Positions 1 through 11,248 of a stretch of DNA of 64,000 bases are shown here, one piece after another. The notes under the pieces were generated by a model that was not told the DNA's origin, ran no database searches, and worked only from the letters and a program-made list of their open reading frames with translations. Origin of the DNA: Centroscyllium fabricii (taxonomy: Eukaryota); contig JBNRSN020000010.1 of NCBI GenBank assembly GCA_051313645.2, forward strand, positions 10,788,001 through 10,852,000, given 5' to 3'. Numbering within the stretch: position 1 is the first letter of the stretch; every line of letters begins with the position of its first letter. The position numbers were made by a program, and so were the translations under genes.

Positions 1-963
1 AAGTGGATACCCTCACATTTATCTACATTGTACTTCATCTGCCATGCATTTGTCCATTCACCCAACCTGTCGAAGTCATTCTGTAGCCTCCTCGCATCCT
101 CCTCATTGTTCACACTGCCTCCAAATTTAGTGCCATCCGCAAATTTGGAGATACTACAATTAATCCCTTCGTCCAAATCATTAATATATAATGTAAACAA
201 CTGGGGCCCTAGCACCGAACCCTATGGTACCCCGCTGGTCACTGCCTGCCATTCTGAAAAGTACTCATTTACTCCTGCTCTTTGTTTCCTTTGTGCCAAC
301 CAGTTCTCAATTCACTTCAACTCATTACCCCCAATCCCATGTGCTTTAACTTTGCACACCAATCACTTGTGTGGGACCTTGTCGAAAGCCTTCTGAAAGT
401 CCAAATACACCACATCTACTGGTTCCCGCCCGTCCACCCTATTGGAAGCATCCTCAAAAAATTCCAGAAGATTTGTCAAGCATGATTTCCCTTTCACAAA
501 TCCATGCTGATTTGGACCTCTCAGGTCGCCACTTTCCAAATGGTCTGCTATGACATCCTTAATAATTGATTCCATCATTTTACCCACCACCGATGTCAGG
601 CTGACAGGTCTATAATTCCCTGTTTTCTCCCTCCCTCCTTTTTTAAAAAGAGGGGTTAAATTAGCCACCCTCCACTCCATGGGAACCGATCCAGAGTCTA
701 AGGAATGTTGGAAAATGATCGTCAGCGCATCCACTATTTCCAAGGCCACCTCCTTAAGTACTCTGGGATGCAGACCACGAGGCCCTGGGGATTTATCAGC
801 CTTCAGTCCCATCAATTTCCCCAACACCTTTTCCCGACTAATAAGGATTTCCCTCAGCTCCTCCCTTTTCAGATCCTTTGACCCCTTTTATTTCCGGAAG
901 GTTGTTTGTGTCCTCCTCAGTAAACACCGAACCAAAGTACTTATACAAATGATCTGCCATTTC
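1..963 (-). mobile_element. CR1 LINE ORF2 (RT) fragment, 5'-truncated, running off the window edge
   Basis: ORF 363..827(-) has ADKSPGPRGLHPRVL, NYRPVSLTSVVGK, QHGFVKGKSCLTNL and VVYLDFQKAFDKVPH, all typical CR1 RT motifs; stops and frameshifts present. Confidence 0.92.
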
Positions 964-1893
964 TTGGTGTGCAAATTTAAAGCACATGGGATTGGTGGCA
1001 ATGTGTTGACGTGGATTGAGAACTGGTTGCCACACTGGAAACAAAGAGTAGGAATAAATGGGTACTATTCAGAAAGTCAGGCAGTGACCAGCTGGGTACT
1101 GCAATGATCGGTGCTGGGGCCCCAGATGTTTACATTATATATTAATGATTTGGACGAAGGGATTAAATGTGCAATTTCCACATTTGCGGATGACACTAAG
1201 TTGGGTGGCAGTGTCAGCTGCGAGGAGAATACTAAGAGGCTACAGAGTGACTTAGACAGGTTAGGTGAATGGGCAAAGGTATGGCAGTTGACGTACAATG
1301 TGGATAATGTGAGGTTATCCACTTTGGTGGTAAAAATAGAAAGACAGACTATTATTTGAATGGTGACAGATTAGGGAAAGGGGAGGTGCAACGAGACCTG
1401 GGCGTCATGGTACATCAGTCACTGAAGGTGGAAATGCAGGTACAGCAGGCAGTCAATAAATCAAATGGCATGTTGGCCATCACAGCGAGGTGATTTGAGT
1501 ACAGGAGTAGGGAGGTTTTGCTACAGTTGTACAGGGCCTTGGTGAGGCCACACTTGGAGTATTGTGTGCAGTTTTGGTCTCCTAACTTGAGGAAGGACAT
1601 TCTTGCTATTGAGGGAGTGCAGCGAATGTTTACTAGATTGATTCCCGGGATGGCCATACTGACATATCAAGAAAGACTGGATCAACTGAACTTGTAGTCT
1701 CTGGAGTTCAGAAGAATGAGGGGGGATCTCATAGAAACATTTAAAATCCTGACGGGTTTGGACAGGTTGAATGCGGGCAGAATGTTCCCAATGTTGGAGA
1801 AGCCCAGAACAAGGGGGCACAGACTAAGGATAAGTGGTAAGCCATTTAGGATTGAGATGAGGAGAAACATCTTCACTCAGAGAGTGGTGAACC

Positions 1894-2887
1894 TGTAACG
1901 GTTTGGTGTATTCGGAATGAAGGCGGGGCCCAAATGCAGAGACACTGAAATGTTTACTAAAACCAAACTCCTTTATTCCTAAAACCCCATATAATACCCT
2001 AAACATACAATATATATAGAACACATATACAACACAAGTCTTATAAACAGACCGGCACAAACTTCCAAACATAGCGAGCAATGAATAGAGGGGTGCTACG
2101 CAATCCAGGCGCGCCATTCTCCCCAAGAATACCAGTCCTGGCATAACTGGCCACCCTAAAGAGAACCAAGCAAGTCCTCCTCAGCGAGCATGACATCTCC
2201 ATCCACCCTCTACGTAGAGGATGTGGGAACAGCTTATGCTTCCATATGACCAATGTCCAAACCAGGGCTCGGATGTAGAGATGAATGTCCATGTAGTAGA
2301 AATGGGTCCGACCTACTTCTTCTGCTCTGACACAGAGACTTAACCCCATGGCAATCAGGCAGTAGCGCACCAGATCTACCGGCAGGGGGCCTCCCTTACC
2401 AAACAGATGAATGTCCATTGCTGAGTTCCCAATAGCAGGGCGCACTGTCAAGGCGGAGGGAAATGAGTTCCACCTCAATGCCCCTGTTGAGCAACCCAGC
2501 CTGAGCACCAGAAATAGCAAAGTACAAGTACAAGCTGAGTCAATCGATCTGCAACCTCCTTGCCTCTGACGGTAACTCAGCACAGCAGAAAACCACCTCC
2601 TTCCAGTGGCCTGAAGAATGAACAATGGATAACCAGTCCCATGACACATTACCATCGAATGATCCCGCCTCTGCTCTCTCCCAACCTCCTGATTATATCC
2701 TAAACCCAGCAAGTACCCTATTGGGTGATAGCCAATAATCCTGAGGGGATGAGAGCAGAGCACAACTAACACATGCATAGATAATTGAACAGTTAATAAC
2801 ATAACAAGGGACCTGTTCCTTGAAACAGCTGTGGAGCAAACAGCAAAAACTGTTTCTAATATTTAAAGGAACAGGCCCCCCGTGACA
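1894..2887 (-). repeat. 3' LTR (994 bp)
   Basis: Preceded on the minus strand by a G-run PPT; AATAAA on the minus strand at 1972-1977. Confidence 0.93.
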
Positions 2888-2905
2888 GGACCCCCCCCCC
2901 CCTTA
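2888..2905 (-). promoter_or_regulatory. Polypurine tract
   Basis: Minus strand TAAG(12)TCC immediately before the TGTCAC start of the 3' LTR. Confidence 0.85.
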
Positions 2906-3038
2906 AGGGCCGACAGTGACGGCCCAAATACCCAATAAGCCAAAATAGGGTGGGCGGAGGGTACAAAGAGGAGACAACAATCTACAAAAAATTTTTTACG
3001 AGCGTTTAAACGCTACAGTGTCTGCTGGGCCCCAATTT

Positions 3039-3051
3039 GGCGGGATCATTC
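3039..3051 (-). promoter_or_regulatory. Primer-binding site, self-priming type
   Basis: Minus strand GAATGATCCCGCC abuts the 5' LTR, lacks the TGG of a tRNA PBS, and is exactly complementary to minus-strand GGCGGGATCATTC inside the LTR (3815-3827; 2657-2669). Confidence 0.85.
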
Positions 3052-4045
3052 TGTAACGGTTTGGTGTATTCGGAATGAAGGCGGGGCCCAAATGCAGAGA
3101 CACTGAAACGTTTACTAAAACCAAACTCCTTTATTCCTAAAACCCCATATAATACCCTAAACATACAATATATATAGAACACATATACAACACAAGTCTT
3201 ATAAACAGACCGGCACAAACTTCCAAACATAGCGAGCAATGAATAGAGGGGTGCTACGCAATCCAGGCGCGCCATTCTCCCCAAGAATACCAGTCCTGGC
3301 ATAACTGTCCACCCTAAAGAGAACCAAGCAAGTCCTCCTCAGCGAGCATGACATCTCCATCCACCCTCTACGTAGAGAATGTGGGAACAGCTTATGCTTC
3401 CATATGACCAATGTCCAAACCAGGGCTCGGATGTAGAGATGAATGTCCATGTAGTAGAAATGGGTCCGACCTACTTCTTCTGCTCTGACACAGAGACTTA
3501 ACCCCATGGCAATCAGGCAGTAGCGCACCAGATCTACCGGCAGGGGGCCTCCCTTACCAAACAGATGAATGTCCATTGCTGAGTTCCCAATAGCAGGGCG
3601 CACTGTCAAGGCGGAGGGAAATGAGTTCCACCTCAATGCCCCTGTTGAGCAACCCAGCCTGAGCACCAGAAATGGCAAAGTACAAGTACAAGCTGAGTCA
3701 ATCGATCTGCAACCTCCTTGCCTCTGACGGTAACTCAGCACAGCAGAAAACCACCTCCTTCCAGTGGCCTGAAGAATGAACAATGGATAACCAGTCCCAT
3801 GACACATTACCATCGAATGATCCCGCCTCTGCTCTCTCCCAACCTCCTGATTATATCCTAAACCCAGCAAGTACCCTATTGTGTGATAGCCAATAATCCT
3901 GAGGGGATGAGAGCAGAGCACAACTAACACATGCATAGATAATTGAACAGTTAATAACATAACAAGGGACCTGTTCCTTGAAACAGCTGTGGAGCAAACA
4001 GCAAAAACTGTTTCTAATATTTAAAGGAACAGGCCCCCCGTGACA
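3052..4045 (-). repeat. 5' LTR (994 bp)
   Basis: Minus strand TGTCACGG...CCGTTACA; followed directly by the PBS-like GAATGATCCCGCC. Confidence 0.93.
3851..3856 (-). promoter_or_regulatory. LTR TATA-like box
   Basis: Minus strand ATATAA 24-29 nt upstream of the self-primer (3827); same motif at 2693-2698 in the other LTR. Confidence 0.6.
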
Positions 4046-4280
4046 GAACCTGTGGAATTCTCTATCACAGAAGGTTGTTGGGGCCAGTTCACTAGATATA
4101 TTCAAAAGGGAGTTAGATGTAATACTTACAACTAGGGGGATCAAGGGATATGGCGAGAAAGCAGGAATGGGGTACTGATGTAGCATGTTCAGCCATGAAC
4201 GTGTTGAATGGCGGTGCAGGCTCGAAGGGCCGAATGGTCTACTCCTGCACCTGCTTTATATGTATCTATGTATCTATGCA

Positions 4281-5680
4281 CACTAGATCGCACCATGCAA
4301 GTCATGTGAATTGCTACCCATAAGCAGACACGAAACATGACAGTGCCCCTCCTTCCACACTGTTAATGCTACAACTACAGAGCCAAGCACGATGTTAAGT
4401 ATGTCTGGGAAAAACAGGTATTTGAGGCAACGTAAAACACCAAGCAAACTTCAAAGAACAATAACACCACACTGAAGCTGCTGTATTAGTTCGAGTGGCG
4501 TTTTCATAATGTTCACAGCCTTCTGGAGAGTAAGGAGACGCTGCCAGAAGTGGCAGTATCTCAGACTGTGGATATTGAAAGCACCATCAGGAAAATACTG
4601 CTGGATGATGTGTTTTTGCTAGAGTGGTTAGCAACCTTATACTACTCGCACCGATAGACTCTGCAATTGTTACATTGAAGGAGATGGCACTGCCTTGTCA
4701 GCTGTTTTCAGCCTTTTGCTGAATGAAAAGAAAAAAGCAGCATTGTAGTGCCCAAAGCTGAGGAGAAGGCAATTGGTCAATTCAAATAGACTCATCAACA
4801 ATTTTGTTTCACGCTGATTCACATTGCAGCATACATGCTGGACGCAATGTAAACTGAGAGAACAGTAATTCTGGAGGACAGATCAAAAGTGCTTATGTTG
4901 TGATTTCTGTACTCTCACACCCCCTCAGTCTGGACGTGGGCCAATTTCTCGGAAGTCTGGCAAAGCTGTTCACCAAGCAATGTCTTTGGAATGGGGTCAG
5001 TATATGGGAATCATGCAAGCATATCAGTGCACATATCTGGTGGAAGGGACTTTGTGCATCTGAGGCCCTGTCACCCTTTGCATCGCTGATACTCCAAATC
5101 CCAGCTTCATCAGCGGCCTCTGAACGAAACTGGTCACCTTCTGTGAATACACATAAAAGGGTGTGCAACAGGCTGAATAAAAAGTGACCGGAGAATATGG
5201 TGGCGAACATGCAACTTATTGAGCCAGGTACAGAAGTGCCCACCACACAGATAGACAGTGACACAGAGGAGGAAATTAACTCGTCAGGGCCAAACTCAAA
5301 GAATTAGGTGAATCAATGATGTGTAGAAGTCTCAGAAGACTCGTCAATAGAAAACTCAAAGGCACAAAATAAGAACAAATTACAGGCTAAAAAAACTGAT
5401 GCACTTTTTATTTTATTTTAGGTGGGTCTTTTTTGTGGGGGTTCAATAAAGTTGAAAATTATAACCGACATACAATATTGAAAGCCTGTTTTTATTTTTT
5501 GGTATCTGTATGCCTATTTTGATAACAACGATGAAATAAGGGTCAGAGACAATAACCAACAGTGTGCAAAAAACTCAAATTTCCCTTAAATTCCCATGAT
5601 TTATCCAAATTCCTATAAATTCCCAAAAATTCCCATGTAAAGATTCCGCTTTACATAATTGCCGTAATTTTGCCACCCTA
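4281..5680 (+). mobile_element. hAT DNA transposon remnant (transposase 3' part and right end)
   Basis: ORF 4900..5187 contains WWKGLC...ILQIPASSAASERNWS, the hAT C-terminal dimerisation motif; AAATTCCC subterminal repeats; TIR-like end AATTTTGCCACCCTA at 5666-5680. Confidence 0.8.
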
Positions 5681-5753
5681 TATGTGGCTCAAGGAAGGTT
5701 TAGGCATTTGCTGTATGATGAAGTGTAGCCGTATGTGTAGAAAGTTGAAAAGA

Positions 5754-5880
5754 GGAAAACTTCCATGGGAATTTTCGGGAATATATAGGGATTTGGCTAA
5801 ATCATGGTAATTAAAGCGAATTTTGAGTTTTTTTGCACACTGATGGTTATTGTCTCTGACCCTTATTTCATCGTTGTTAT
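5754..5880 (-). repeat. Inverted copy of the hAT subterminal segment 5522-5647
   Basis: Reverse complement matches ATAACAACGATGAAATAAGGGTCAGAGACAATAACC... Confidence 0.85.
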
Positions 5881-5910
5881 TCCTTTCTATATTTGAGAAA
5901 TTTGGTCTCC

Positions 5911-7245
5911 ACAGTCTACTCTCCATCATCAGCAAAGTGATGGAAGGTGTCGACGACAGTGCTATCAAGCAACACTTACTCAGCAAAAACCTGCTAACTG
6001 ACGCCCAGTTTGGGTCCTGCCAGTACCACTCAGCTCCTGACCTCATTACAGCCTTGGTCCAAACATTGACAAAAGAGCTGAACTCAGAGAGTGATTGCCC
6101 TTGACATCAAGGCAGCATTTGCTCGAGTGTGGCATCAAGAAGCCCTGGCAAATCTGAAGTCAATGGGAATCAAGGGGAAACATTTCCATTGGTTGGAATC
6201 ATACAAAGGAAGTTGGCTCTGATTCGTGGAGGCCATTCATGTCAACCAAAGGACATCACTGCAGGAGCTCCTCAGGGCAGTGTCCTAGGCCCAACCATCG
6301 TCAGCTGTTTCATCAGTGACCGTTCCTCCATCATAAGGTCAGAAGTGGGGATGTTCGCTGATGATTGCACACTGTTCAGCACCATTGGTGACCCGTCAGA
6401 TACTGACGAAATCCATGTCCATATGCAGCAAGACCTGGAAAACATTCAGACTTGGGCTGACAAGTGGCAAGTAACATTGGCACGACACACGTGCCAGCAA
6501 TGACCATCTCCTACATGCGAGACTCTACCATCTCCCCATGACATTCAATGGCATTATCATCGCTGAATCACCCACTATCAACATCCTGCGGGTTACCATT
6601 GATCAGGAACTGAACTGGACCAACCATATAAATACTGTGGCTACAGGAGCAGGCCAGAGGCTTGGAATTCTGCGGCTAGTGCCACAGCTGCTGACTCCCC
6701 AAAGCCTTCCCAGCATCTAAAAGGCACAAGTCAGGAGAGTGATGGAATACTCTCCAATTGCCTGGATGAGTGCAGCTCCAACAACACTCAAGAAGCTCAA
6801 CAACATTCAGGATAAAGCAGGCTGATTGATTGGCACTCCAACCACCACATTTACCATTCAGTCCCTCAACCACTGCAGTGTTTACCATCTACAAGATGCA
6901 CTGCAGCAACTCACCACCGCTCCTTCAACCGCACCTTCCAAACCCGTGATCACTACCACTTAGAAGGACAAGGGCAGCAGACGCATGGGAACATCACCAC
7001 CTACAATTTCTCCTCCAAGCCTCACACCATGCTGACTTGGACCTGTATCGCCGCTGCTTCACTGCCGTTGAGCCAAAATCCTGGAACTCCCTTACTAACA
7101 ACATTGTGGGTGTACGTGTACCATATGAACTGCAGCGGGTCAAAAAGGTGGGTCACCACCATCCTCTCAAGGGCAGTTAGGGATGGGCACTAAATGCAGG
7201 CCTCGCCAGCCAGCGATGCCCACAACCCATCAATGGATAAAAGAA
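5911..7245 (+). mobile_element. CR1/L2-group LINE RT 3' fragment (family B), degenerate
   Basis: SLLSIISKVMEG, ITAGAPQGSVLGPT, MFADDCTLF, WADKWQV; same family as 46905-49210; exact clade not assigned. Confidence 0.88.
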
Positions 7246-7275
7246 AAGATTTGTATGCACAGAGTACTAAGGCAT

Positions 7276-9288
7276 AGGCCCCACGGAAGGGCTGGTTTCG
7301 TGCATGCACTGCACATGTGCGGGAAACCGGCACATCCATTCCCCCAAACTTAAGGGTTAAGAGGTGAAATGCATGTGTGCCAGCAGAGCAAGTGCACATT
7401 AAACTTACTTTCTTTTTTACAGGTTTTTCTGTACGGTTATGTGTGAAAAAGTTACACTTGAAAAAAGCAGGTGTAACACCTGCTTTTAATAAGGTAAGTG
7501 GTGAAATAATTCAAGTTAAATCATTTTTCACACAGGTTTATTATTTTGTAAATAATTTAAAGAAAGGTAAGTTTATTTTTAGCCCTGATAGAAAATATAA
7601 TCAATTTTGCAAAAATGTTAGTTGTTGTTTGAAATAGTTATTTCATGTAATCTATAGTTATTTCAAAAACTTTGGCCCAAAAATTAGCCTTGGCGCCTTC
7701 CTGCGCGTGTAAGCCTTCCAGTTACACTTACCCTGCGCTCCTGCCGTTCTGCAATTCAAAGATGTGAAATCCCTAGTTATATAGCTGCTGCAGGCTCCAG
7801 GCGCCGTGGTGAGACAACTCAATGTCGTAGTTAGTGGGAGACCATGCACGGGACCACGTGATCTGCAGGGAGCCAATGCATGGAAGCAATCCTCAATTCA
7901 TAACTTACACGGTGAATGCTGTGTAAGTTATGAAAAGGAAGTGCTTCAAAAACATATCTAAACACAAAAAAATAAATTAAAAAAACACCACATTTTTTAA
8001 CAACACTCTATCTAATTTAAGGTACCTATTTTGAAGAAAAAATTTAAATGTATAAAAAAATGAACGTTTTTTACTGGCCTAAAATAATAGTTAGCTGCCT
8101 TAAAAGTTGGAAAAATGTAAAAACCTGTCAAAAAAACTTAAATTGTATAAAATAAAACACTTAACTGATAAAAGGGGTCGTTGTTGCTGATATTCTTCAG
8201 CGGAAAATCTTCAGTACTAACCCTGATAAAAAACTCAGAATGAAATCGGAATTCCACTGCTGAACTCCCGGTGCGCAGATGGCTGTAGCTTGCGATCCAC
8301 CGCTGGCCTTCATCAGAATTACAGGTAGCACCGGGAAACGGCTGCTAACTGCAATTCGGATCCCATGTGCGTGAGTACCCAGCTCCAAAATGGCCCGCAG
8401 TCACACTATGTTTTGGGCCGCTATGTTATTTTTAAATGTATTTTAAGTTTTAATGATGCTTTGGAATTTGTAGTTTTCAGAGTTTTGGCATTACTTCCTG
8501 TCAAACTTACGATTGGAGCATTATCTGCCCCGAGTGGCTCGGCATGGCCCACGTGATCCAAGGGGACACATCACATTAACTGCGCTGCAAGGATACACAA
8601 TCACTGCACGCCAGCAGCTTCTGGAGGCCCTGGATCGAAGTTCCACATGGCCAGTATTCCGGTCCGAAGATGCAAGTCTCCAACCTGCACTTACCTAGTA
8701 CTCTGGCATTTGCGATCCTGAGCCTGCTCCAGCTGTCAGAGCAGAGTGCTTGCGTATCGCAGGGGTGCAGTTAGTTTTATGCATCCCCTGGATTCACGTG
8801 GGCCATGCAGAGACAATGGGAGCAGTTGATGATTCATTTTTACCTTTGACAGGAATAGCAGTGAAACCTATGAATACTATAAGCCCCAAAACATCGCTAC
8901 AATTTCAAATGAATTTTAAAAAATCACATTTTTAAATAACTATAAATTACATGAAAAACCAATTTTAATCAGTAAGTAAAATTTTTGAAAATATCTTTTA
9001 CATTTACTAACGGGGCTCAAAATAAGTTTACCTTTCTTCAAAAAATTTAAAATAATGAACCTTTGGAAAAATCTTTAAATTTTAATTAATTAATTCCCTA
9101 CTTACCTTGTTAAAAGCAAGCCTTGCGGCTGCTATTTACAAGAGTAATTTCCGGAGATTAACTTCCCGTAAAAACCTGCTTCTCCCATGTACACGTTGAA
9201 CCTCGTAACCGCTTCATTCATTGGAACGGAAGTCCCAGTTTCCCGCGCATGCACAGTGAATGCACAAAACCGGCACTTTCATTGGCCC
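7276..9288. mobile_element. ~2-kb foldback/MITE-like element with long imperfect terminal inverted arms (PIF/Harbinger-like)
   Basis: 7276-7335 is the reverse complement of 9230-9288; 7418-7520 matches the reverse complement of 9080-9178; GGCC/GGCCC ends; flanks CAT/TAT. Confidence 0.65.
7674..8419 (-). mobile_element. ~750-bp MITE nested in the 2-kb element
   Basis: TIRs GGCCCAAAA..TTTTGGGCC; inverted homolog of 10327-11087 (the translated spurious ORFs GTHAHGIRIAVSSRFPVLP and GTRAHGLRIAGSSHFPVLP align). Confidence 0.7.
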
Positions 9289-9934
9289 TATGCGTGAGTA
9301 CTCTGTGCGAACTCACCCGCTGGAACCTGAATATCGGGATCAATGATATGAAAGGGTGAAAATACAAAGCATGTCCATCCTTACCTGTACAATGTACAGG
9401 GGAAAGGTTCGGGTTTAGCTCTTGTGTCGACTGAAAGCAAAGGGAAACAATTTTAGTAGGTATGGGAAAATGAGAGACCAGAGGCAACAGTCAGGGATTA
9501 AAGGGAAGGTGATGAGTTTACTGACCTCAAAACTACTTAACGTAAGTTACCGAAGCGAGAGATGACATAAATCATCGTGGAGAAAATGAGAGCCAATTCA
9601 AGAACAAAAATAAAATGGTTTAATGTTTAAAATATTAGCCACGAACAAGAATTCTAACCCCCAAAACATGAGAATTGAAAACGCGATGATGTGCAGGTTT
9701 TTCCAACACCTGCATCAGCATGGGTCAATGATAACTTTGGCAGAGGCGGAATGCGGGCGGTAGAACCTGCAGTGGAGCGTTACTACCCGGGACAGCACTT
9801 CCTGAAATTGCGGTAAGCAGCCTATACTGTTCTATCAGTTATCTTATTGAAATGAAACAAATGGAAATAATAATCGGGCAGGGTGTTACATGGGCGCTCG
9901 ACCAATACCAACTTTCCAAGTTGATAATCGAGAA

Positions 9935-11240
9935 AACCTACTCTCATCCTAACCTTCAGCTCTATACCAATTATTGTTAATATACCAACTAGTCTAATCC
10001 CAACCTCCTGCTCACTAATCACTTATGTTATTATCCCACCTAGTCTAAGCCTGCTCACTAAACACTAACCATTACCGTTAAAATCCCAACTAGTTTATTT
10101 CCAAATTGTTGTTCATCACCCATTGCTGTTAATATTCCAACAACAACATCCCAACCTTCTACTCACTAGGCATCACCACTAATATCCCAACTAGTGTGAT
10201 CCCAGCATTCTCTTCACTACCCATTACTGTTAATATACCAATTAGTCCAATCCAGCCTCCTGCTCACAACCCATCCCTGTTAATTCCACACTTAATTAAA
10301 TCCCAATCTCCTGTTCATGACACATTAGCCTTACAATTTTGGTGACCACAGACCGTTTTGGAGCCGGCACTCGCGCACACGGGCTCCGAATTGCAGGTAG
10401 CAGCCATTTCCCGGTGCTTCCTGCAATTCCGATGACGTCCAGCGGGGAATCGCGAGCTGCAGCAGCTGAAGCGCGTCCGTCTGCACACCAGGAGATGCAC
10501 AGTGCAATTCTGTTTTTCTAAAGTTATTTTATCGCAGTGACTACTGGAAATGTTACAACTGAATATCAGCCGTAACTAACCATTTTTAGCAGATATGTCG
10601 CTATTTTATTCAATGTTTGAATTTGTTGCACAGGTCTTTAATTTTTGAATAATTTAAACAAATGTAAGCAGCTTTTAGCCAAGTTAAAAACATAAAATAT
10701 TTTTTCAAATTTTTTATTTTTTGTTTAAAATAGGTCATTTCTTTTAGTAATGGTAATGTTAAAAGATGTGGTGTTTCTTAAAAAATATATTTTATTGTTT
10801 TGTTTGTTTTGGCGGCTCTTGCAATTCATTAACTTTCACAGATCTCTCTGTCAAAGTTATGAATCGAGGATCCTTGTTAGTGATTGGCTCCCCGTGGACC
10901 ACGTGGTCCAGTGCGGAGCTTGCCCACTAACTACGCCACTGAGTTGCCTGGGCACCATGCGTGGCAATTGGAGCCGGCCAGGAAATCGGGATTTCAAATC
11001 ACAGAAGAGAAGAACGGCAGGTGTGCTCCGTAAGTTTAGGTTTGAAGTTTGCACCTGCGGCAAAGCTCCGAGTCTCATTGTTGGGCCATTAACTTTAACA
11101 TCCTATCTAGTCAAATTCCAACCTCATGCTAAGTACCCATTTCCGCTACTATTAGTCTAATTTCAACCTCATACTGTCCACATTATCGTTAGTATCCCAA
11201 CTTTTTCAGGTGTAATCTTCTGCTCAGTCCCCATTCTTCA
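9935..11240. repeat. Degenerate ~50-bp tandem repeat, split by a MITE
   Basis: Recurring TTAATATCCCAACTAGTCTAATCCCAACCTCCTGCTCACTACCCATTACTG at 9935-10320 and 11090-11240. Confidence 0.7.
10327..11087 (+). mobile_element. ~760-bp PIF/Harbinger-type MITE
   Basis: 3-bp TSD ATT (10324-10326 / 11088-11090); ends AGCCTTACAAT..ATTGTTGGGCC; homolog at 7674-8419. Confidence 0.72.
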
Positions 11241-11248
11241 GCATTAAT

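Larger units (their letters stand above)
1894..4045 (-). mobile_element. Non-autonomous LTR retroelement: 2 x 994-bp LTR plus a 164-bp internal region
   Basis: Direct repeats at 1894-2887 and 3052-4045, each TG...CA, with only 5 substitutions seen; perfect 5-bp TSD GAACC (1889-1893 / 4046-4050); PPT and PBS-like sites place it on the minus strand; no gag/pol. Confidence 0.95.
964..4280 (+). mobile_element. CR1 (HER1-like) LINE 3' fragment, interrupted by the LTR element at 1894-4045
   Basis: LYINDLDEG..FADDTKLGG (1111..1359) and RGDLIETFKIL..NIFTQRVVNL; the reading resumes as TGTGGAATTC after 4050; 3' UTR ends in a (TATGTATC)n tail at ~4258-4280. Confidence 0.92.

Noticed and set aside
1894-4045. 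Simple tandem duplication or assembly artefact
   Set aside because: TG..CA ends, a 5-bp TSD, a unique interior with PBS and PPT, and a few substitutions between the copies indicate a true LTR insertion
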